Positions 1-11,298 of a stretch of DNA of 64,000 nt are shown here, piece after piece. Source of the stretch: Eukaryota sp. TZLM1-RC (taxonomy: Eukaryota; Protista; Metamonada: BaSk clade). A program made the position numbers and the translations under genes. The stretch covers positions 2,170,001 to 2,234,000 of the forward strand of contig JAUPSS010000003.1 in assembly GCA_040285825.1 (NCBI GenBank), read 5' to 3'. The notes beneath the pieces were generated by a model, which was not told the origin of the DNA, searched no databases, and saw only the letters and a program-made list of their open reading frames with translations. How positions within the stretch are numbered: the stretch's first letter is position 1; every line of letters begins with the position of its first letter.

Positions 1-341
1 CATGACGTATTGTTCCCTTTGATTTTTCTGATTTATTAACAGCAAAGTACTGCTCTTTGGTTTAAATGTGAATTGCCAGAAACAGGTCAGAAGATGTTCC
101 GATAGAGCCAACTTGTGAAGGTAATTGTGTTGTAAAAGTTGATGGCATCAACAGTAGAGTTGATCGATATAAGATGTGTGCACACAGATAGTAAAAATGC
201 ACACGTATAACATTTGCACATGGATAACACAAATTTGCACACGTATATCATCACCCATGAATAAATAATCGTGAAATTCAAAAAAAATAATTTCATTCGT
301 TTTTTCATATCTAAAGTTGCCGAAACTTATTATTTACGGCT

Positions 342-1121
342 TTGCTTAATAACTCAACACCTTCTGCTATATTGCTTGATCCCGCATCATGTGTCGACTT
401 TGTTCACGGTTTTCAATGCAATGATGCGATGGATAACACCCAGTCACCGCCAGTAACTGTTTCAAAAGAGAGTGGCATTCCTTCAATCCACAGTACATTC
501 CATAGCTTGCCGTGGTTGTCAAGTCACAAGGAAAGTCGCTATACATTATTGATTGCAGTTGCAAGCAGCTTTCCTTCATAGACATTGTGAACTTAATCTA
601 TTCACACATCAAGGAGCATTCTCTTCTGTCTTGATTTCACACCCAAACTACTGATTGCAATTGATACTCCTTTTTCGGATTGAATAACACTCTAAATACC
701 ATTCTATTCAATAGTGAATCACTACAGTCCTTGGAAGATTCCTCGCTTATAGATTTGTTATCAGCAAAACCAGTTCCTTTCTTTCAACACTTATATGGGG
801 AACTCCTTGGGGTTTTGTCTGATCTGAATTGCTTAAACACCATTCATAATCCATTAAACTCCATTTCAAGCAGAATCCAGGGATCTATTTCTATTATAGT
901 TGCTCCACTCAGTTGCTCTTTATTCCAACAGCACTGCCAATGTTTTTTTCAACAACTATAGAGAAGAATGTCAGATTTGGAAATTTAAGCATTCTGAGAA
1001 TTGTGTTACAAGCTTGGGTAGTCGAAATAAGCACCACATAACACTCTTTGAGTTGGTTTTTTCTGGGGAAAACAATTCAGATACATTGTCAGAACTTTTT
1101 GGTCTTGATCAACAACAATAA
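342..1121 (+). pseudogene. possible degraded coding remnant, unidentified
   Basis: Three short successive + strand ORFs (342-581, 680-961, 900-1121) with protein-like composition, followed by an AT-rich tract with AATAAA; no recognisable motif. Confidence 0.2.
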
Positions 1122-2408
1122 CAGAGCCCAACTATAAGAATATTACATTATATTGTTGACGATTTATATTTTGGGTGAAATAATTTATTTATTCTATTTA
1201 TTTAATAAAAAAAGACTGTATCTGTTATTCGTCAAAGATAAACAACCACCGAAGTACAATCAAACATCAAGAACTACGGTTGATTGAGACCAGAAGTCGT
1301 ATATATAAGTTACAAATGCTAAAACAATGGTAAAGAAATATTCTGAAATATATTATACTAAATTTACAATGTTAAATAGAAATCGTGGGACTAGGAAAAT
1401 TTTATTTAAATAAATGTTTATTTAGTATTTTACACAAAATAATGTTTTTTTCAATAAAATAATTTTATATGATAAAATTTTATTTTCAAAATATATCAAA
1501 ATTGTACAAACTTATTTCTGTGCAACATCAATGGTCAGTGATCATTGATGTTCTCTTCTGAGCTTTGAATATGGGAATAAGTAATATTGTAGATAATAAT
1601 TGCGCTATTGGTATCTCTGTTCCAGTAGATTCCATATTCACTGCTTTAACAATGTAACAACCCATATCAGGAAACCAATTTCGCAGCCTTATTAACATTT
1701 TTTTAACTGAAATATTTATTGAGATAAGAAAAATCTATCTAGAATTCAATATCCTCCAAACAAGCGTCACTATTACTAAACCTACTCACAGCATGACGTT
1801 CATATTCTACACCAATAGCTAAACACGCCTTGGAAATCATTTTTGGAATAGAATTGAAAATGCAAAATACAAATTATTAACATTTTCAAGTTGCTGTTTT
1901 TGTTCCTTCAGTAGGTTTAATTTTTTCCTTGATTCTTTTTTCCCACAACTTTTTTCTTTTCATTCTCAAGTAATGAATCCAATTGTTCAAACATTTTGAT
2001 TTCTCTTGGAGCTGGAATATGGTTCAAAATCAGCTAGACAGCGGGGATGAAAATATGGGAACATAGTGGAAGTGTGAATTTGTTACTGGAGAACCCACCA
2101 AGACAGATTCAACAAGTGGCGTTGGAAAGGCAGTTCCCTCTAATAACAGCTCGGTGTTTAGCTTTATTCCACTTAGGATGATGTTTCGATGGACTATCTA
2201 CTGGAATCGTCTGTTTTTTTACATTTCTATGCTTTACATTAAGGAAAAGGAAAGCGTAAGCCACGAAGAGAGAGAAACAAGGATTAAGGGATGATGTTGA
2301 AAAACAAGAAACAATGTATAGTTTTGAAGTATGTTGAACTATCAAAGTTGGAAATGATGAATTCCAACATTGCTACATTGTGGCAAGGGTGTCCCCGTCA
2401 CCACAGTT

Positions 2409-4718
2409 ATGAATGTTGATGACAGACTCTTAGTCCAACTATGTCCATGTGTTCATCCACATTGTATGTGTGAAGGGTCTTGTCCAGAGAACCTTGAACT
2501 TGATGATTTTTGTCCTACTTGCTCACATCCAGTTCACGAACATGGAAATTTACGTAAGTTGACGTCTGAACAAAGAGCTAAGCTACTGGAAAGTGCCAGA
2601 CATCTCAACCGTTTGAATATGTCTCCGCTAGATGACAGGTCCTTTGATAAGCTAATGCAAAGAGCTCATCATATTGCTGAGATAAGATCCATTCTAGACG
2701 ACACAGTTGTTGGTACTATTTTTTCAGACTATCCCCTACCTCCACCGAAGTTACCGCCATATGAGTTACCCACTCTCTCTGAGATATTTGATAACTTCAC
2801 GATGTTGTTCAAATCGTCTGACCCTTCTGTGAAGCTTCCTCATCTTTTACGCACACTTTCCGGTCTTTTGAATGATTTCAAAATACCGCAGAAGATGAAA
2901 GACAAGGATGTGTCACTGCCTAATGAAGAGTTAGAACGTATGTCTAGACTATGGATGCGCTGGAAGTATGAAGGTTATGCACTTGTTGACTGCTTCGGTC
3001 CTCGGTTCTTTTACGCTTGTTTCTTCGAAATTCGAAATTGGCTTTCAGAATACAATGGCAAAAGTGATGCTTCTCGGCTACTGCTAAATCTAGTGGAAGT
3101 ACTTGGTAATGAGTTGGGAACATTGCTTGGAACTCCTCTCATTGATCCCAATGTCTCAAATCCTGATTATGTCAAGCGCTGGTATCCCGCCTATCCTCTG
3201 CTTGTCGACCTAACTTCAACAACCTCTGTCAAACCAGCGTCTTCTATAGAAGGCGAATTTCCTGTAGTTCAGCCGTCTCGTACCCTTAAGTCTGAGGATG
3301 TTATTATCAAAACTGAAGATTTGGATAGTGTAGTTACTGGTGTCGAACGCAAACGCTTATCGTCAGCTTTGGAAGCTGAAACGGTGGAGCCACCACTCAA
3401 AATGTCTAAACCTGAAACCACCTTTACTGATGTAGATGATGTGCCTGACACTGATTTTTGTAAATATATCCCTGAGCTTGTCCTCCCAGAAAATGGATCC
3501 AGTGAACCTCCGACTTGTCTACGGAAACAATATAAAAGTCGTGATGAACGTGCAAAGGAACTAGAAGATGCTGGCAAACTAAGCTTTAGATTGATTACCA
3601 ATGATGGAACTCCTCAGACACTGCAATATTTGTACAATTATTCTAGAATCATTTTTGAAATGCTGCCCAATATGCCCAAGGAATACATTGTTCGACTTGT
3701 TTTTGACTACACTCACAGGGTGTTGTTAATAGAACAAGTTGATGAGAGTCTGAAAGCACCTAAGAAGAAACTTATAGGTGGAGTTTGTTTCCGTCCTCAT
3801 TCATCACAAAAATTAATTGAAATTGTGTTTCTTGCTATTCATGAACCGATAAGGAAAATCGGCTTTGGAACTCGTCTTATGAATCAAATGAAACACTGGG
3901 CAATCTCCAACGATTATGACTTCATTCTAACATATGCTGATGACTCTGCTATTGGTTACTTTCAAAAGCAAGGCTTCACACAAACCATTACGACAGAAAG
4001 GGATCGATATGGAGGCTGGATAAAAGACTACAATGGTGCAACACTGATGGAGTGTATTTTGTACAAGCAATTTGACTGGTTACACATTCCAGAAATGCTA
4101 AACACTCAAATGAAAACTATTAATGAACGGATGCGGGAGCTCAAATATCCTCAACGAATCCAATTGCCTGCCAAAAAAGCTATTAGATCTGATGTATATG
4201 CTCTTCGACGCTCTAATAGAACCATATTTGGGATACGAAACACTGATAGACGTTCTGAACGTTATTGTACTCCTATTTATCCAAGATCTCTTGAAATACC
4301 TCTTCTTCGTGCTTCTGACATTTCAACAGAACATCGTTGTATAGAATCCAAATTGACAGCAGATGCAGATGTCGTTCATTTACACATTAAACTTGAAGAG
4401 ATTTACGATGAACTCAACCGTTATAATGAAGCCAAGTGTGCAAAGTTGTTTTCTGCGGCTGTCCCTGATCACATTGTTCCACACTACTATGATTCTGTTA
4501 AGAACCCTATAGATCTTAGTCTGGTGCGAGTTCGACTAGACTCTGGACATTATTATCGAAGTCCATACATGTTTTTTGCTGATATTCAGCGAATGTGTGA
4601 AAATGCTGCAACTTTTAATGCCAAGACAGAATATGCGAAAATTGCAAACAATATGTTACAAAAAGCGAAGAAGCTAATACCGGATAAGTTGGCATTTTTG
4701 GGTTTCAAGATTGACTAG
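2409..4718 (+). CDS. GCN5: GCN5/PCAF-type histone acetyltransferase (PCAF_N-like region + GNAT HAT + bromodomain)
   Basis: First ATG at 2409 in the 2370-4718 ORF. HAT motifs LPNMPKEYIVRLVFD, EIVFLAI, GFGTRLMN, TYADDSAIGYFQKQGF, GWIKDYNGATLMEC; bromodomain VPHYYDSVKNPIDL...NAATFN. Confidence 0.95.
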   Translation: MNVDDRLLVQLCPCVHPHCMCEGSCPENLELDDFCPTCSHPVHEHGNLRKLTSEQRAKLLESARHLNRLNMSPLDDRSFDKLMQRAHHIAEIRSILDDTVVGTIFSDYPLPPPKLPPYELPTLSEIFDNFTMLFKSSDPSVKLPHLLRTLSGLLNDFKIPQKMKDKDVSLPNEELERMSRLWMRWKYEGYALVDCFGPRFFYACFFEIRNWLSEYNGKSDASRLLLNLVEVLGNELGTLLGTPLIDPNVSNPDYVKRWYPAYPLLVDLTSTTSVKPASSIEGEFPVVQPSRTLKSEDVIIKTEDLDSVVTGVERKRLSSALEAETVEPPLKMSKPETTFTDVDDVPDTDFCKYIPELVLPENGSSEPPTCLRKQYKSRDERAKELEDAGKLSFRLITNDGTPQTLQYLYNYSRIIFEMLPNMPKEYIVRLVFDYTHRVLLIEQVDESLKAPKKKLIGGVCFRPHSSQKLIEIVFLAIHEPIRKIGFGTRLMNQMKHWAISNDYDFILTYADDSAIGYFQKQGFTQTITTERDRYGGWIKDYNGATLMECILYKQFDWLHIPEMLNTQMKTINERMRELKYPQRIQLPAKKAIRSDVYALRRSNRTIFGIRNTDRRSERYCTPIYPRSLEIPLLRASDISTEHRCIESKLTADADVVHLHIKLEEIYDELNRYNEAKCAKLFSAAVPDHIVPHYYDSVKNPIDLSLVRVRLDSGHYYRSPYMFFADIQRMCENAATFNAKTEYAKIANNMLQKAKKLIPDKLAFLGFKID

Positions 4719-5295
4719 TCTTTTTTTGTGTTTTTTGTCCTAGCGTTTTTTTGTATTTTATCCTAATTTATTGCACCGTCTTCATTTGTATATGAATATA
4801 AATTTCCCTCAATATTATTCAATTAGTTTCTTTATCGATAACAATAATCCAAGAATCTGTTGCAGTTCCTGTATCGCAACATAATGATTGTAGCTAAATT
4901 GGGTGCTCCATTTGAATCACAGCTTAATATTAACCGGAACTGTAATTCTAGTAATTGGTAAAATTAGAAGTACCACAATCAACTGTGTTTGTTGAATTTA
5001 CAAAATTGAATATTACAACTGGACAATAGATAATTTTTTTTAAAGACTGCTTTATTTAATTAATTTTATTCTTTAGGCCACCATAGTGAATTTTATGTTA
5101 ATGGTCATTACATCACTAACCTAAAACTTTACAAATTCATCTGACCTGTGTGTGTTGAGACTTCATGATAGGTCGGAAATTTTTTAACAATTTTTCGTTA
5201 CCAGAAGAGCCGTCAATAGTATCAATAACTACTCAAATTACAATCACTCTCATCAATTACTGCAATACTGGATTACAGTAATATAAAACTGTGGT

Positions 5296-5449
5296 TGATG
5301 ATCTGCGGGGGTTAGACATTATACCTGAATGTAGAGTAATTTATTACAAGGGAATGAGGATTTCCCTTAACTTAAGCGCATGGCGCAATAGTACAATAAC
5401 TATAAATAAACTATAAATAAACTATTATAAATATTATCCAAAGCTAACA
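5296..5449 (-). repeat. 3' LTR of element 1
   Basis: Direct repeat of 12545-12710; contains tandem ACTATAAATAA units. Confidence 0.93.
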
Positions 5450-7134
5450 CTGCCCTTTCTTCTTTTCGAGCGTCGAGGCCTGATAGGAGTTGGATTAGAA
5501 TTATTGTTAATATTATCAGAACGACGTTTACGGCGTGAAGGACGAGGACGAGTATTAGAAATGGACTTGGAGAATTCTTTATAGGCAGAGGTGTTTTGAA
5601 CAGTCGAAACCAGCTCAGTGGTAATATGATTGCCAGGCCATTGGACTTGACAGTAATCACCATCCTGACTGAGGACTTTCTGGATCACGTGCTCTTCTGC
5701 ATCGCCAGCAGCAACCCAGGAGTGAAATTCATCATGTGCTGGTAAACTGGAAAGCCAAGGTTGGAGGTGTTTAACACTGGCTTTAACAACCATACCAGTA
5801 CACAGATTCTTGATGTCAGCTGTGGAGGTAGAAGGTGTGTCAATTACTAAGAATGGTCCTTAGTAATTACCATGTAACTTAGTAGTGGAAGACGAAGCTC
5901 GTTTGACCAATTGGCCAGGAGAGAAAGGGTTGGCTTCGATTTGGGGATCACGAGGAGGAGCCTTGGAAGCTTGACGGAACTCTGCTTCCTCCTGTTTCTT
6001 CTTCAATCTAGCAAATTTAGATTGAATGTCGTTGATATATGTTGACTCAGACGTTGAGCTTTCGAGGGTCTCTATGATTTTGCCGGGGTCAGCTCTGGGG
6101 CTAAAATCTGAACCAAACATGAGCTCGTATGGAGAGTAACCTGTAATCGAACTCTTGGATGAGTTGATTAACAATTGTACATAGGGTATGTACTCTGACC
6201 ATGCATCGTAGGCGTTAAAATATACGAGCAGCTTCCTCAAATTCTGCAAAATGTCACGGTGACGGCGTTCGACTAAACCGTTGGACTGAGAGAAGTGAGG
6301 GACGGACTTTGAGACCTCTATGCCCAAAAACTCACATAGAGCGTCGAAAACAGCTTTAAAGAACTCAGGACCGTTGTCACTATGAACTATGAACGGGATC
6401 CCGAATATCGTGCATACCTTCCATATGAGAGCGTCAGAAGTAAGGTTGGCGTTGAGTTCTTTGAGAGGGACTATGATAGTGAACCTCGTGAAGCTATCCA
6501 CAAATACAAGAATGTATCTGTGGCCGTCTTGATCTTCTGGAAGAGGACCAATGACGTCGACGTTAACTCTTGCAAATGGTCTGTCAGCCCACAAGGAACC
6601 AGTTGTAGGGACATGCAGTTTGGGGACTGCTGCTGTCTTCTGACAGGAGGGGCATTCTTAGACGTGCTTGGACTTGTCAGAAAGCATGTTAGGCCACCAG
6701 TAGTCACTGTTCTTGAGTCTGAGGAGACTTTCTGCCTTACTGGGGTGGCCACCTTGCGGGAGTCCATGTAGAAGGTTAAGCGTATCCTTAACCAGTGATT
6801 GACGAATCACGATTTTGTGCTCTGGAGTTAGATAGAGATCTAGACGACTATCCAAAGTACAGTAGTTTAACGAGGTGTCCTGATTAGCGAGGGCTCGCTT
6901 TTGTTCGGACCTGATCTTGCAGAGCCATGGCTCGAAGAGTGGGAGGTCATTGGAGCATTTATCTTGAAGGATGAGCACCTTCTCGAATGTATGGAGATCT
7001 TCAACGAAGCATCTCTCTGGTTCAGTTTCATCAATCCTATTTGTGTAGTAGATAGGGTGAAACTCTTGGTCGTTGGAATGGACCAAATGGTTGATGGTAT
7101 GATTGTCTTGGGGCGGTACTATCCTAGATAGCAT
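5434..7134 (-). pseudogene. integrase (HHCC zinc finger, DDE core, C-terminal chromodomain-like), split by frameshifts
   Basis: LHGLPQGGHP...YWWPNM; VNVDVIGPLP, FVDSFTRF, HSDNGPEF, SNGLVERRH; tail EEHVIQKVLSQDGDYCQVQWPG. Confidence 0.88.
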
Positions 7135-7186
7135 GTCAGTTCAATGGTTCTCTTTCCCTTTTGTATGAACGATGTCGAATAGGAAC

Positions 7187-9178
7187 TCAGAAAAGATGCG
7201 AAGCCACCTTCTGACTATTCTGTTTTTGTTCGGAGCGGTAAGCATGTAAGTAAGGTTTTGGTGATCTGTGAAAATGATCAGACGCCTTCCTTTGAGGTAG
7301 TTCTTGAAGGTCGCTTTCGGTAAGCATGAGAAGGATAGCATAAAGCTCTTTCTGTACCGTGGGCCAGTTCTGCTGGGAGTTAGTCAACAATCTGCTGAAG
7401 AAGCTGATTGGTCTACAATTCCTATTGGGTGGGGGAGTGCCGGGGTCCTTAGTGGGTTCTATTTGTTCCCAAATCACGCCGCCAACTGCTATATCGGAGG
7501 CATCGCAACTAATAAGTACTTGGTTATCCACCGGAGGTAAGTTCAGGGGCATATGCTCCGCGATCAGACGTTTGATTTCGGCTAAATGGTAGTCGTGAGT
7601 GTCTTTCCACTGCAAGCGACGTGGTTTGCCATGTGTTAATTTGATGATCGGGGCAACATGCTTGGTTACCTGGGGAAGCCATTCCCTAATGAAGTTGACT
7701 GAGCCGATAAGGCTACGGGCGTCTTTCACAGTCTTAGGTCTGGGAAGATTCAGTAAAGACTCTGTGCGTGTAGGATCTATGGTCCTGGTTTTGTGTTGGA
7801 ATCTGCTGCCAAGGATCTTATTTGGGTGTCTAGAGGACACAAAATGGCACTTGGGCAGTCCAAGGCTAACTCTACGGGTTCGAGCGTTCTCGAGGACACG
7901 TCTTAGACGTCCGAGGAACTCGTTGAAAGTTCTACCTACTATAATGATGTCATCTATAAAGATGAATACACCGTCTCCGGAGAAGATGTCTGCCATAACG
8001 TTCTGGAAAACTGCAGGAACGTTCTTGAGGCCGAAACCAGCACGTTTAAACATGATACTTTTGCCAGGGATGCTTAAGGCAGTCTTCTCCCAGTCCTTTT
8101 CTGCAGTTTTCAGTTGCCAAAAGGCTTTGGGGAGGTCAAGGGTACCGATGAAATTGGCTTCCGAAAGGAAGACTAGCACATCGGATATTCTAAGGAGATT
8201 AGGTTCAACGGGAATAGTGTTGGCATTGACTCCGTCCTTGCCGCTGTAATCACCAGTAAAACGAGGCTTACGATGATCAGGGTATACCACAAGACATACT
8301 GGAGAGCTGAACTCATGGTTCGATGGTACAGCAAATCCAGACTCGACAAGTTCATCGAAGATTTGTTCGGCGACTTTCTGCTTCTCGGGGTTTAACCTAC
8401 GAGGGGGTCGTCTGACTCGAATACTTTCATCATGAAAGTTGATCTTCATTGGAGGACAGTCAATCCCATCAGCATGCGGCTTAAGGGTGAATGTCTCTTC
8501 GAACTCTTTCAAGGTTAGAAGTAAGGTCTTCTTGTCGTTATCACAGTCGAGGTTAATAGTACAACCAGAAGACTGTATGTGCTCCAACCAACGTCTGGGG
8601 ACGTTGACGACATCTGAGACTTGGGAGATTCGATGGTCGAATTCAGCCTCAGGCAGAAGTAATGTACGATGTTCCTCATCCATCCTGATGAAGAGGCCTT
8701 CATCGTTCAATAAGCCTAGGTGATGCAACAGGTCTCTACCAATTAGTAACATATTGTTGCCAGGAATGATGGCCAAGCTATGTTTCACATGAACTAGTTG
8801 GGTTACACTACCGAGTCTGAAGCTCAATGTGTTTTTTGCTGATCCTAAAGACTTTGACATGATGTTGTTTGCAGACTTAAAGTTTATGCAATGGTTAGTT
8901 TTTACCATGTTGCATCTCTCTGCTAAATCAACAGTGATGACTGATATCGAAGCTCCAGAGTCGATGATCCCTTCTATTTCGCAGTTATTTATTGAAAATT
9001 TCAATTTTAAATTTTTGCGTGCGACATCTGAGGTGCGAACCATGAAGATATCGCTGTGGGACTCTGAGTCTGGGTTCGAGTCGAACTCATGATTGAAACA
9101 GGGTTTATTTGGTGATTTTATCGTTGTAGCTGTTTTGAGATTCCTGGTAGTCAAAGGATTAGTTAAACCTTTATCCAC
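7187..9178 (-). CDS. Pol: aspartic protease + reverse transcriptase + RNase H (frameshift near 7320)
   Basis: IIDSGAS, LDLPKAFWQL, FGLKNVPAVFQ, FIDDII, CDASDIAVGG, KELYAI. Confidence 0.92.
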   Translation of the reverse strand: MDKGLTNPLTTRNLKTATTIKSPNKPCFNHEFDSNPDSESHSDIFMVRTSDVARKNLKLKFSINNCEIEGIIDSGASISVITVDLAERCNMVKTNHCINFKSANNIMSKSLGSAKNTLSFRLGSVTQLVHVKHSLAIIPGNNMLLIGRDLLHHLGLLNDEGLFIRMDEEHRTLLLPEAEFDHRISQVSDVVNVPRRWLEHIQSSGCTINLDCDNDKKTLLLTLKEFEETFTLKPHADGIDCPPMKINFHDESIRVRRPPRRLNPEKQKVAEQIFDELVESGFAVPSNHEFSSPVCLVVYPDHRKPRFTGDYSGKDGVNANTIPVEPNLLRISDVLVFLSEANFIGTLDLPKAFWQLKTAEKDWEKTALSIPGKSIMFKRAGFGLKNVPAVFQNVMADIFSGDGVFIFIDDIIIVGRTFNEFLGRLRRVLENARTRRVSLGLPKCHFVSSRHPNKILGSRFQHKTRTIDPTRTESLLNLPRPKTVKDARSLIGSVNFIREWLPQVTKHVAPIIKLTHGKPRRLQWKDTHDYHLAEIKRLIAEHMPLNLPPVDNQVLISCDASDIAVGGVIWEQIEPTKDPGTPPPNRNCRPISFFSRLLTNSQQNWPTVQKELYAILLMLTESDLQELPQRKASDHFHRSPKPYLHAYRSEQKQNSQKVASHLF

Positions 9179-11298
9179 TGTTTGGAGGCTGAGGTTTGTT
9201 TTATGTTTGGTGTTTTACATGTTGGAGAGCTGTCTTGCTCTATAGTAAACAATGAACATTTGTTTGAACGTTGCTTTGGTGTGTTACTTGTTGGAGAGCT
9301 ATCTTGCTCTATAGTAAACAGTGGATATTTATGGGAACGTTTATTGCTGCTGGAAGGGCCCTTGCCTCTTCCTCTACGTCTACCTCTACCTCTACTACTA
9401 CTACTACTACTTCGTGCCAAATATGCTTGAACAGCATCTGGGTTGGCATCTCGCCATTGCTTGGATCGCTGGCAATCGGGGTCGGGACATTCGTTAATAG
9501 TGTGGCCTGGAATACCACAGAATCTACAGAGACCAGCTTTATCTCTTTCTTTCTTAATTTGCGACTTGCTCCTTTTGCTAAGTTGAGCAGGGACGACGCT
9601 GGAACCCGCAGGCTTGAATTTGCCTATTCGTTTCTTGTCCTTTCGGTTTGCTCTAACATAGTGACCCATTAGTTGTTGATAGCTGTCACTGATGTTGGCC
9701 CTTTGCTCATCATAGGATCTTGCTGAACACCAACTCATGTATTCAGCAGCCAGGATGTCTACAAATTGTTGTAATGTATGGTGTTGCCAAACATTGGGAG
9801 TGGACCATACAGTTCTCAAATTGTCGCTGATGGCCTGAATACCAACAGAATCGATCATATGGGTTGCAATTTCCCAGTTTTGAATGCGCTGTAGGAAATG
9901 TTGACCATACAAGGCACACTCGCTTGCCCTGACGTCAGAAATGGCAGTACTTCGTGAAACTGTTCTCATTAGCCTCACAGTGAAGTCGCCCCAGCGATTC
10001 CTAAAGTCCTGAATATTCCAATTCATCTGGACTCTATATAACTGATTCCTCGCCGTTTCTAATGTACTATACTGGCTGAGGTGTAAAATTGATTCACATA
10101 TTTGCTCCTCATTAATATTGTCGATAGCTGAGATACTATCAGTCATAGACGAAAACCTGCCTTGAGCTCTAAGAGCGGCCAAGTACTCTGGAGTAACACA
10201 GGAGGCAATTCTACGAGGGTCGACTTGAGCAACAGCTCTAAATCGGTCCCACTCGTGAAGGGGGTTACCATATCTCTGATCTAGAGGAAGGTTCCGGTTT
10301 TCTCTGCTAATGGATTGAGGAGTGGCAGGAGGACGAGAACGTTCCTCAAGTTGCCTTCTTAGTTCAGACACGTCTCTTGCTAGTCTGACTTGAGTAGGAT
10401 CAGATTCATTGATATCTCTCTCTTCAATGGTCCTTTCAGTCCTAGCATACAGAATAAATCTGTCGATGAATTTCAAGATCCTTACTGGGTCAGAGATATC
10501 GTTGGCTTCCAGGGTGGGTTTTCTAGGACGACCACCTCTCTGTCTATCTCTGTCTCTATCTTGTGAACTCGCCACAGCTTCCATCAGTAGAGTGTTAGAA
10601 TACTGAGGGGCTATGGGAGTGTTAGATGGAGTTACTCCTAGGAGCCTAGGATCCTGAGGAACCTGGGAAGGAGTTGATGGATCTTGTGGTTGGGCAACTA
10701 CAGGTTGCTGCACCGTCTCAACAGTGTCAGTAGTAGCCATCGGCTCATCTTGTTGATCATCTTGAGGCTCAATGCTCAAAGATGAGAAAACAGTGTCTGA
10801 ATCCACTGGGTCAGGATCAGAGGTTCTCAATTCCACTGGGTCATGATGACTCGGATAGTAACTTTCCACATTACCATCGATATTAACCCAAAGAAGGGAA
10901 CTTGAATTGGTGACACCAATGTTCTCCTGTACATTCATGAGGGCATCCCTTAAAGGCCTATTCCTTCTGTGCTCTGGACCGAAATATGACGCGCAATGGT
11001 CTGGTCTGCGGTCTTGAAGGTACAATCTCTGATAGTTCGTAGTGTAGGTGTACCACCATCCAGTCCTGAAGTCTCTGTTGATGTAAATATCAAGAGAGGC
11101 ATTATATCCAGGGCTAAACCTGGGAAAAGGACCAGGATTAGATCGGTTGAGGAAGAGATTCAGCTCATCACCAGCGAAGATCCTCTGTACACCTTCACGA
11201 GGAGTTCTGAACCCTCCAACAGTCTCCCGTTGAGGATAGTTTGGAGGAGGGTCACAGCGAACCGTGAGATTGTCTACTTCCTCCGTTGGGAAGTAGGC
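9163..11298 (-). CDS. Gag with CCHC zinc knuckle (frame open up to a stop at 11299-11301)
   Basis: CRFCGIPGHTINEC knuckle followed by a basic RG-rich tail; overlaps the pol frame (-1). Confidence 0.85.
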   Translation of the reverse strand, partial: AYFPTEEVDNLTVRCDPPPNYPQRETVGGFRTPREGVQRIFAGDELNLFLNRSNPGPFPRFSPGYNASLDIYINRDFRTGWWYTYTTNYQRLYLQDRRPDHCASYFGPEHRRNRPLRDALMNVQENIGVTNSSSLLWVNIDGNVESYYPSHHDPVELRTSDPDPVDSDTVFSSLSIEPQDDQQDEPMATTDTVETVQQPVVAQPQDPSTPSQVPQDPRLLGVTPSNTPIAPQYSNTLLMEAVASSQDRDRDRQRGGRPRKPTLEANDISDPVRILKFIDRFILYARTERTIEERDINESDPTQVRLARDVSELRRQLEERSRPPATPQSISRENRNLPLDQRYGNPLHEWDRFRAVAQVDPRRIASCVTPEYLAALRAQGRFSSMTDSISAIDNINEEQICESILHLSQYSTLETARNQLYRVQMNWNIQDFRNRWGDFTVRLMRTVSRSTAISDVRASECALYGQHFLQRIQNWEIATHMIDSVGIQAISDNLRTVWSTPNVWQHHTLQQFVDILAAEYMSWCSARSYDEQRANISDSYQQLMGHYVRANRKDKKRIGKFKPAGSSVVPAQLSKRSKSQIKKERDKAGLCRFCGIPGHTINECPDPDCQRSKQWRDANPDAVQAYLARSSSSSSRGRGRRRGRGKGPSSSNKRSHKYPLFTIEQDSSPTSNTPKQRSNKCSLFTIEQDSSPTCKTPNIKQTSASKQWIKV

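Noticed and set aside
7304-9092. Plus-strand ORFs over pol (e.g. 7599-8249) and similar antisense ORFs at 26163-26486, 11660-11992 and 3269-3601
   Set aside because: They are antisense shadows of real coding frames, with no motifs
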